From: an uncultured Actinomycetota bacterium | Lineage (GTDB): Bacteria; Actinomycetota; Actinomycetes; DATJPE01 | DNA: 64,000 bases | Reading direction: 5' to 3' | Assembly: GCA_963819985.1 (NCBI GenBank) | Contig: CAWFYH010000002.1 | Coordinates: forward strand, 385,404-449,403 | Shown: positions 56,950-64,000 of the stretch, in pieces | How the letters are laid out: every line of letters starts with the position of its first letter | Numbering within the stretch: position 1 is the first letter of the stretch | Made by a program: the position numbers and the translations under genes | Notes under the pieces: generated by a model | Told to the model about the DNA's origin: nothing | Databases searched by the model: none | Seen by the model: the letters and a program-made list of their open reading frames with translations, nothing else

Positions 56950-59561
56950 TCAGAGGCCGTAGTCGATGCGTTCGGCAGCCGCTCGGTCGTCCTGGTCGCG
57001 TAGGTCGCCAAGCACCCGAGAGAGCTGTCGTGCATCCAACGCCGCGCTCAGGATGTCCGCGGATGCCTCGGCCAGTCGGGCGAGACTGAGCAGGTCCCGC
57101 TCGGCGAATGGCGGATCATCGTCGCGGGCGATGAGCAGGATGCCGCCCACAGCGCGCACTGGAGCCGCCACGAGATGTTTGTGGGACGCGAGCGGGGCAC
57201 CGGCCAGCGGCAGCCGCGCCACGTCGGTGCGGTCGATGATGACCCCCTTGTGGCGGCTGGCGATGGTGGTGACCAGCCATGCGTCACCTTGGAGCACGAA
57301 GCGATGCTCCAGCCGTCGCAGACCTTCCCCGGCGGCTACCCGCCAGACGTCTCCGTCGGGCAGCAGGAGGGCCCCGGCCGTGGCGTTCGTGCGGGCGAGA
57401 GCGTCGCTGACGACGAGCGAGCCGGCCTCGATGACACCGTAGACCTCGTGACTGCGGCCAAGCAGGGCACGTACGAGCGCCGGCGTGGACCGTGGATCAT
57501 CCGGCATCGAGTCGCGCAGGTCAACGACCGAAACTGACGTAGGAATGGGGCTTGGGCCTGACGCGTCGAAATGGGTCATGGGGACCGTCGGCGGATCCAG
57601 CTCGGGGACCACTGGCGGCACCGAGTTGGGCGCGTCGCGCCAGTCCTCCAGCGGCGCCTGGCCGGCGCCTGGCCTCCCGCCAGGCGCCTTGAAGACCTGG
57701 CTGAGATCGACCGTCGGGGTTTCGTCTCTGTCACTCGGCGCCAGCGAGTTGGCGAACGCGGAGCTTGGCTCGGGTGCCGTGATCGGGCCAAGGTCTTCAG
57801 ACATCAGGTCAACGGATGCGAAGCGCAGCGAAGCCATTTCGGCGTAGACCCCAGCGCGCTGTGTCGGCGTCGGGGTAGCTGCTGGCTGTTGGGCTTCAGT
57901 CGTGGTGGATTCGAGGACGTAGCTTGCAGCTGGGGCGACCACGACCACGGGCTCGGTGTCTTTGGGTTCCCAGGATGACGGAGCGGGCTCATCCAGCGGT
58001 GGCTCCGACGCAGGGACAGGTGCCGGGACAGCGGACTTGGCGTTGGCCTTGGCAGCGGCGGCACGAGTCCGCTTGCGCTTGGCCGGTGCTCGCGCGGGGG
58101 CAGCCTCCGCAGGCACCTCGGTGTCGATGGCCTCCGCCGTTGCTGACTCTTCAGCAGTGGCTGGTTCGGCGTGCGTTGCAGTGGCGTACGGCTCGTCCGC
58201 GGGTTCGAGGTCGGCCACTGTGTCGGGAATCGCGGCGAGGCGGTCTTCTTCAGCAGCGCGGGCTTCCTCGGCTGCGAGGCGCTCTTGTTCGACACGGACT
58301 TCTTCTGCGACACGGACTTCTTCTGCGACGCGAGCTTCTTCGGCGGCCGTTCTTCTTCGGCGAGGCGTTCAACTTCGAGGCGACCTTCTTCGGCGAGGCG
58401 TTCTTCTTCGGCGAGGCGTTCTGCTTCGAGGCGGGCTTGTTCGGCGAGGCGTTCTTCTTCGGCGAGGCGTTCTGCTTCGAGGCGGGCTTGTTCGGCGAGG
58501 CGTTCTTCTTCGGCGAGGCGTTCTGCTTCGAGGCGGGCTTGTTCGGCGAGGCGTTCTTCTTCGGCGAGGCGTTCTGCTTCGAGGCGGGCTTGTTCGGCGA
58601 GGCGTTCTTCTTCGGCGAGGCGTTCTGCTTCGAGGCGGGCTTGTTCGGCGAGGCGTTCTTCTTCGGCGAGGCGTTCTGCTTCGAGGCGGGCTTGTTCGGC
58701 GAGGCGTTCTTCTTCGGCGAGGCGTTCTGCTTCGAGGCGGGCTTGTTCGGCGAGGCGTTCTTCTTCGGCGAGGCGTTCTGCTTCGAGGCGGGCTTGTTCG
58801 GCGAGGCGTTCTTCTTCGGCGAGGCGTTCTGCTTCGAGGCGGGCTTGTTCGGCGAGGCGTTCTTCTTCAGCCCGCCGCGCTGCTTCGGCTTCGAGGCGCT
58901 CTTGTTCGAGGCGAGCTTCCTCTGCTAGCCGTTCCTTTTCGAGGCGAGCCTCTTCAGCGGCGCGGGTCGAAGCCTTGTCCTGCTCAGGCGGGGCAGCCTT
59001 GGATCGTCGGCCGAACCGGCGACCTTTGGCAGCCGGTTTCCCTGAAGCTTTCGACTTCGACTTCGACTTGGCCGCATGGCCTGCAGCGGACTGCTGCGGG
59101 TCAGCAACGGGTTCCTCAGGCGCCGCCTCGGGTGGCGCCGCGAGCGGTGCTTCAATTCGCAGCGAGCTGCCAGATGCGCCCTCGCCAACAGCCGCGCCAG
59201 GCTCCATACCCACCTGAGGCAAGGACTGGGCTGTGCCAACAGAGGTGCCGAGCCGGTCCTGGGTAATCGGCGGGTCGAGCACCGCGACCGACGGCCGACT
59301 GCTCGGGTCGAAGGCGTCCCACTCTCCGTGCTTGGACGCCACCAGCAGGGCCGGAGCGGTGAGGCCCTTGTCTCGAAGCATGTCCAAGGTCGCCACGGCA
59401 TCGGCTGGGAGTTCCTGCTCGATCACGACCACGTCCGCCATCCCCGGCGTGATCTCAAGCTTCCCGATCAGGGTGGGGCGCACCTCGATGATTTCATCTG
59501 CGGCGGCACCCAGTCCGAACGACAACGACGGGTTTCGCGCGATGAGGAGCAGGCAGGTCAT
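56950..59561 (-). pseudogene. Large Tad-locus-associated protein: N-terminal about 95-aa domain, ER/K-rich tandem-repeat region (9 x 17 aa), degenerate ER repeats, Ala/Pro-rich linker and C-terminal GAF-like domain; apparent 1-nt frameshift near 58340-58370
   Basis: Frame 1 (ORF 57804..59561) encodes [13 protein letters not shown]... then ([17 protein letters not shown])x9, and becomes R/P/S-rich nonsense after about 58350. Frame 2 has no stop from 58368, continues with a degenerate ER repeat ([38 protein letters not shown]), and runs through ORF 56950..58218 with a GAF-like C-terminal domain (GVIEAGSLVVSDALARTN...GGILLIARDD). Together these indicate a single disrupted or mis-assembled gene. 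Confidence 0.5.
58370..58900 (-). repeat. Nine near-identical 51-nt tandem repeats encoding an ER/K-rich single-alpha-helix-like motif
   Basis: Plus-strand unit GTTCTTCTTCGGCGAGGCGTTCTGCTTCGAGGCGGGCTTGTTCGGCGAGGC is repeated head-to-tail. All six frames are open across it, which explains the stacked ORFs in the track. Confidence 0.9.
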
Positions 59562-59565
59562 GCAC

Positions 59566-60510
59566 TCACCCGATCGCGAAGAGATTTTGCAGGATGTTGA
59601 TCGCGGCCGGACCGAGGATAACCACGAACAGGGACGGCAGGATGCAGAAGATCAGCGGGAACAAGATCTTCACCGGCACCTTTTGAGCGGCCTCCTCAGC
59701 GCGCTGCGAGCGCTTGATCCGCATCTCCTTGGCCTGGATCCGCAGGACGTTGGCGATCGGTATACCGAACGCATCCGCCTGGACCATCGCGGTGGCAAAC
59801 TGCCGCAGGTCGGGCAGATTGGTGCGCTCGCCCATGGCTCGAATCGCTTCGGTACGGCCGACGCCGATCTGCATCTCCTGCAAGACACGGAAGAACTCGG
59901 CAGCGAGGGGTCCCTCGCTGTTCTTGGCAACCTGCGCCAAAGCTCCGTCGAAGGACATGCCCGCTTCAACGGAGATCGTCAGCAGGTCGAGCGCGTCCGG
60001 GAGCTCACGGCGCATCCGCTCGGTGCGCTCGTAGGCCATCTGGTAGAGGATCACGTTCGGAGCGAAGAATCCGCCGGCAGCGCCAAGCGCGATCACGCCG
60101 AGCGTGACGACGAAGCTCCAACCAAAGAGCAGCGAGAACGCGGTGGCGACCAAGGATCCAGAGATCAGGCCCAGCATCTTGAAGGCCAGCACGCGCTCGA
60201 CGTCCCAACCCTCGGGGCTGCCGGCCAGGTCGAGCTGCCTACGGATGCCGGTCTTCTGACCCTCTGCGGTGAGTTTGCCGCCGCCCTTGGTGAGCCGAGC
60301 GAACAACGGATTGAACACCCGGTCCGCGAACGATTGATCCAGCTCGGCGCGCACCATCGACTGAGGAGCATTGTTGATCGCCTCGACGGCAGCCAGTGAC
60401 CGACCCACGCCGGTGCGTCCCGTGCTGACGACCCCGAAGGCCAGCAGCAGCAGGACGACTCCGAGGAAGATCCCCCCGAGACCAAGGATGAGCTGCAGTG
60501 TCGAATCCAT
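59566..60510 (-). CDS. tadC: Tad pilus inner-membrane platform protein TadC (GspF-like)
   Basis: T2SSF-like domain with 3 TM helices. 314 aa. Adjacent to the TadB and TadA homologues. Confidence 0.8.
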   Translation of the reverse strand: MDSTLQLILGLGGIFLGVVLLLLAFGVVSTGRTGVGRSLAAVEAINNAPQSMVRAELDQSFADRVFNPLFARLTKGGGKLTAEGQKTGIRRQLDLAGSPEGWDVERVLAFKMLGLISGSLVATAFSLLFGWSFVVTLGVIALGAAGGFFAPNVILYQMAYERTERMRRELPDALDLLTISVEAGMSFDGALAQVAKNSEGPLAAEFFRVLQEMQIGVGRTEAIRAMGERTNLPDLRQFATAMVQADAFGIPIANVLRIQAKEMRIKRSQRAEEAAQKVPVKILFPLIFCILPSLFVVILGPAAINILQNLFAIG

Positions 60511-60511
60511 G

Positions 60512-62488
60512 TCAGACCTCCACCTGCACGACGCGCCGTAGCCAGAAGATGCCGACGACCAACATGAAGGCGCCGAAGCCGAGCAGCAGCAGGCCGAGCG
60601 CCGTTGTGTAGAGCGGCTCGAGGTAGCTCGGCCTCACCAGGATCAAGAAGACGGCGAACAGAATGGGAATCAGGGCGATGATGACGGCAGACAGTCGTCC
60701 TTCGGCGGAGAGCACCTGGACCTGACGGCGCAGCCGTTCCCGTTCCCGCAGGGTTGCGGCAACAGTCGTCAGCACTTCGGCCAGGTTGCCACCGACCTCT
60801 CGTTGCACCCGGATGGCAAGGACGACCCAGTGGAAGTCTTGAGAGTTCATCCGATCGGCGATGTTGTCGAGGGCCTCCTCGATGGGGACGCCGAGCCGGG
60901 CCTCCACCAGAGCCCGGTTGAACTCCACCGACATCGGCTCGTTGCCCTCGCGGACGATGGTGTCGACAGCCTGCGGGAGCGAATAGCCGGCGGACAGGGA
61001 TCCGGCCAACAGCTGCAAGGTGTCTGGGAGCTGTGCGTAGAAGGCTGCCTGACGGCGCGACTCCTTGACCTTGAGATAGGTCCAGGGAAGCACGACTCCG
61101 AGGGTCAGACCGACCAACGCGGCCATCAGTCGTCCACCGGTCAGCAGCAGCAGGAGCAGCGCGCTGCCGATGGCGATCCCGACGTGGACCAGCGCCCATT
61201 CTCCGGGTTTCAGTGGCAGCCCCGCAGCCTCGAGACGCCGTTCGAGCAGGTCCTCGACATCACGGCTGCGCACCGCCTTGTCGGCCAGGTCGACAGCAGA
61301 CCGAGCAACTTGGGTGTCGCCCAGCGCCGTGCTTGTGGTCTCGGCCTCCTTGCGCATCGTCCGACCACCGAGGGTGTAGATCGACATCCGGCCGCGCACG
61401 GTGTTGGTGCGCTTGCGTCCGGCTCGGATGAAGGCAACAGCAAGCATCAGGGCGACACCGACGAAGATTGCGGCCAGGCCGAGCCATAGCCATGTCTCGT
61501 CAACGCGGTCATAGAACGCCGGTGCCGACACCGGGATCGGGCCGGATCCTTCCGCAACGGTGTTCTCGCCTGAACCTTGTGGCGCCCCAGGGAGGGGCAC
61601 AAACGCGGTGTCGGTGATCGTCGTCTGCCCGGCCACGGCCGAAACCGAAACGGTGCTCCCGGTGCTGGCCAGCTCAGGGGGCACGGTGACCGTGACCCGA
61701 AGCTGGTTGTCGAGCGCCCGCGCGCTGGCGGCGAACGATGCCGCCAACTCCGCCGCTCCGCTGGCCTCCACGACCTTGCCGCCGGTAGCCGAGGCCATCG
61801 TCGTCAGAGTTTTCAGTTGGGCCTCGGTGGTGCTCAGCGCGACAGCGTCGAGGGTGACCCCGGAAGAGGCGACGTCGTCGGTGGCCTCTTTGAGGGACGC
61901 CCGACTGCGGGTGTCGGAACCGTCGCTCAGCAACAGGATGCTCCGGACACCAGTCTGTCCGGCTGTCTCCGCGGACTTGACGACCGCGTCGTAGAGCGCC
62001 GTGCCCCCCTTGGCCTCAAGGTTGTCGATCGCTTGGGTGATCGCGCCGTGGTCCAGAGTCGGCGCGACCAGCACGGACACCTTGTCGTTGAACGAGACCA
62101 GCCCGACCTTGACGTCCTTTGGAGCTGTCGTGACGTAGGTGTCGGCTGCCTCCTTGGCGGAGGCGATGCGTTCACCCTTCATCGAGGTCGAAGTGTCGAT
62201 TGTCAGCACGGCCGTACGGTCGACTGGCGTGAGCCCACCGATCAGCGCGGCGGTGGACGCGACCGGGGTGCCGTCGATGCTGACCTGAACCGACGCGGGG
62301 TCGAGGCTGGCGCCTTCTGGCAGGTCGGAGGCCGAGAAGACCAGGGTGACCGTGCCGTCGTCTCCCGGCTTGACCTCACTGATCCGACCTACCGGATCGG
62401 CGGCGGCCGGCCCGACCACGACTACGGATAGGGCCAAGGCGGCCGCCACAGCCGTCAGTCGTCCCCCACGGGTGAGCAGGCTGGTCAT
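60512..62488 (-). CDS. tadB: Fusion protein: secreted von Willebrand factor A (vWA, MIDAS) domain plus TadB-like (GspF) membrane platform domain
   Basis: Signal peptide, then a vWA domain with the MIDAS motif DTSTSM and LLLSDGSDT, then an Ig-like/linker region and a TM helix. The C-terminal 300 aa resemble TadB/GspF, with TM helices at the end. Confidence 0.7.
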   Translation of the reverse strand: MTSLLTRGGRLTAVAAALALSVVVVGPAAADPVGRISEVKPGDDGTVTLVFSASDLPEGASLDPASVQVSIDGTPVASTAALIGGLTPVDRTAVLTIDTSTSMKGERIASAKEAADTYVTTAPKDVKVGLVSFNDKVSVLVAPTLDHGAITQAIDNLEAKGGTALYDAVVKSAETAGQTGVRSILLLSDGSDTRSRASLKEATDDVASSGVTLDAVALSTTEAQLKTLTTMASATGGKVVEASGAAELAASFAASARALDNQLRVTVTVPPELASTGSTVSVSAVAGQTTITDTAFVPLPGAPQGSGENTVAEGSGPIPVSAPAFYDRVDETWLWLGLAAIFVGVALMLAVAFIRAGRKRTNTVRGRMSIYTLGGRTMRKEAETTSTALGDTQVARSAVDLADKAVRSRDVEDLLERRLEAAGLPLKPGEWALVHVGIAIGSALLLLLLTGGRLMAALVGLTLGVVLPWTYLKVKESRRQAAFYAQLPDTLQLLAGSLSAGYSLPQAVDTIVREGNEPMSVEFNRALVEARLGVPIEEALDNIADRMNSQDFHWVVLAIRVQREVGGNLAEVLTTVAATLRERERLRRQVQVLSAEGRLSAVIIALIPILFAVFLILVRPSYLEPLYTTALGLLLLGFGAFMLVVGIFWLRRVVQVEV

Positions 62489-62490
62489 GG

Positions 62491-63879
62491 TCAGCGTCCG
62501 AACTTCTCGAAGGCGAAGATCTCCGTATCGACCTGGACCCCGTTGGCGGAGAGCTTGTCGAGGAACTTGGCTCGAAGGCCGGTTGACTTGAGGTAGCCGA
62601 GCGACCGATCGGCCTCGTCGAAGCCGAGCCCGTGGTCGAAGAGGAACAGGTCCTGCAAGGTGATGATGTCGCCCTCCATGCCGACGACCTCGGTCACGTG
62701 GGTGATGTGCCGCGTGCCGTCCTTGAACCTGGCCTGGTGGACGATCAGATCGATGGCGCTGGCCACCTGCTCACGGATAGCCCGGACCGGAAGGTCGACT
62801 CCAGCCATCAAGACCATGGTCTCGACTCGGGCGAGCACGTCGCGTGGAGCGTTGGCGTGCACGGTGCAGATGGATCCGTCGTGACCGGTGTTCATGGCCT
62901 GGAGCATGTCGAGCGCGGCGGCGTCACGGATCTCACCCACGACGATGCGGTCGGGGCGCATCCGGAGCGCGTTGCGGACCAGATCGCGGATCTTGACCTC
63001 GCCCTTGCCCTCGATGTTGGGTGGACGGCTCTCTAGCCGTAGCACGTGCTCCTGGTGCAACTGAAGCTCGGCTGCGTCTTCGATGGTGACAACTCGCTCG
63101 TCCTCGGGAATGTAGGACGACAAGACGTTCAGGGTGGTCGTCTTGCCCGCACCCGTACCCCCGGAGACCAGGATGTTCAGCTTGCCGCGTACGCACTTCT
63201 CGAGGAAGTCGGCCGTGACCCGGCTCATCGTGCCGAACCCGATCAGGTCGTCCACCTGGTAGGGGTCGGCTGAGAACTTCCGGATCGTCAGCAGTGAGCC
63301 GTCAAGCGCCAGGGGCGGGATGACGGCGTTGACCCGGCTGCCGTCGGGGAGCCGGGCATCGACCATCGGGCTGGATTCGTCGACCCGGCGACCAACGCGG
63401 CCGACGATCTTGTCGACGGTGCGGCGCAGGTGGGCCTCGTCGTTGAACTGGCCTTCCACCTGGAAGATCCGACCGCTGCGCTCGACGTAGATCGAATCGG
63501 GACCGTTGACCATCACCTCGGTGATGTCGGGGTCGCGCAAGAACGGCTCGAGCGGTCCGTAGCCCAAGATGTCGTCCGCGACCTCCTGGGCGATCCGAGC
63601 CCGGTCCTGCACGGTGAGAGGTGTCTCCTCCTGGGCGAGCACTTCCTGCAGGGTGAGCCGGACCTTCTGCTCCAGCTCGGACTGGGTCAAGCGGGCGTCG
63701 TAGAGCTGTGGTCCCAGGTTTTCGAGCAAGGTCTGGTGCACGGTCTGCTTGAGCTCGGCGAACGGGTCAGTGGTCCGCCGGTGCTTGGAGCGGTTGACCA
63801 GAGCGTCGCTCTGCGGCTCCATGCTGGAGTCGACCCCGCGAGCGCGGCGGGCCTCGGCGAGGCGGTCGGAGAGACTCAT
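62491..63879 (-). CDS. tadA: Tad pilus secretion ATPase TadA/CpaF
   Basis: Walker [13 protein letters not shown], Walker B VVGEIRD and the His box. 462 aa. The start ATG overlaps the stop of the upstream gene (TGATG). Confidence 0.9.
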   Translation of the reverse strand: MSLSDRLAEARRARGVDSSMEPQSDALVNRSKHRRTTDPFAELKQTVHQTLLENLGPQLYDARLTQSELEQKVRLTLQEVLAQEETPLTVQDRARIAQEVADDILGYGPLEPFLRDPDITEVMVNGPDSIYVERSGRIFQVEGQFNDEAHLRRTVDKIVGRVGRRVDESSPMVDARLPDGSRVNAVIPPLALDGSLLTIRKFSADPYQVDDLIGFGTMSRVTADFLEKCVRGKLNILVSGGTGAGKTTTLNVLSSYIPEDERVVTIEDAAELQLHQEHVLRLESRPPNIEGKGEVKIRDLVRNALRMRPDRIVVGEIRDAAALDMLQAMNTGHDGSICTVHANAPRDVLARVETMVLMAGVDLPVRAIREQVASAIDLIVHQARFKDGTRHITHVTEVVGMEGDIITLQDLFLFDHGLGFDEADRSLGYLKSTGLRAKFLDKLSANGVQVDTEIFAFEKFGR

Positions 63880-64000
63880 CAGGTCCTCGTCTTTCTGCGC
63901 AGCAGCCCGCGCCGGTCGGTGCGAAGCTCGTACGGGACGGACTGGTCGACGGAAGGCGCGGTCAGCACGTAGTTGTCGGCGAAGGATCGGATCGCGAGGC
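63880..64000 (-). CDS. C-terminal fragment of upstream Tad gene (probably TadZ/CpaE-like ParA-family protein); runs off the window end
   Basis: Minus-strand frame ...FADNYVLTAPSVDQSVPYELRTDRRGLLRRKTRT* ends with a TGA overlapping the tadA ATG. Identity is inferred from canonical tadZ-tadA order only. Confidence 0.4.

Noticed and set aside
58300-58950. Highly regular 51-nt repeat array that could be mistaken for a CRISPR array
   Set aside because: The repeats are contiguous with no spacers and lie within a coding sequence for an ER/K-rich protein. No cas genes nearby.

Overview
This is a high-GC (about 70%) actinobacterial chromosomal segment. Its backbone is conserved housekeeping genes in the same order as the Mycobacterium tuberculosis Rv2188c-Rv2215 region. 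These include partial aroA, zwf, the sucB and lpd components of 2-oxoacid dehydrogenase, pepA, gcvT, cobT, nadA, adoK, and the aa3 cytochrome oxidase and bc1 respiratory block (ctaC-ctaD-ctaF and ctaE-qcrC-qcrA-qcrB). They also include trpD, an Rv2191-like exonuclease/GIY-YIG protein, a RipA/RipC-like NlpC/P60 hydrolase and a PimB-like glycosyltransferase.

Several accessory modules are inserted into this backbone. (1) An operon on the minus strand lies downstream of a clear cobalamin riboswitch. It encodes an ECF-type transporter (S component, duplicated ATPase, T component; CbrTUV-like) preceded by two secreted proteins. One of these is a sortase-anchored (LPDTG) protein with prenyltransferase/terpene-cyclase-like alpha/alpha-toroid repeats. 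This is my best candidate for an undescribed surface cobalamin-capture system. (2) A Tad/Flp pilus locus contains partial tadZ, tadA, an unusual vWA-TadB fusion and tadC. It is followed by a large gene for an ER/K-repeat plus GAF-domain protein with nine near-perfect 51-nt tandem repeats and an apparent frameshift. (3) Three tandem Flp pilin genes, one of them frameshifted, sit under a NarL-type two-component system. (4) A DUF559 (Vsr-like endonuclease fold) gene is flanked by two copies of a 48-bp palindromic element, next to a KaiC/RecA-like ATPase. (5) A ydaO (c-di-AMP) riboswitch leads the NlpC/P60 hydrolase gene.

Many of the long Arg/Pro/Ala-rich ORFs in the six-frame track are antisense or out-of-frame artefacts of the high GC content and are not called. 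No rRNA, tRNA or CRISPR array was found. Coordinates of starts are approximate (+/- a few codons), and identities are from motif recognition, not database searches.
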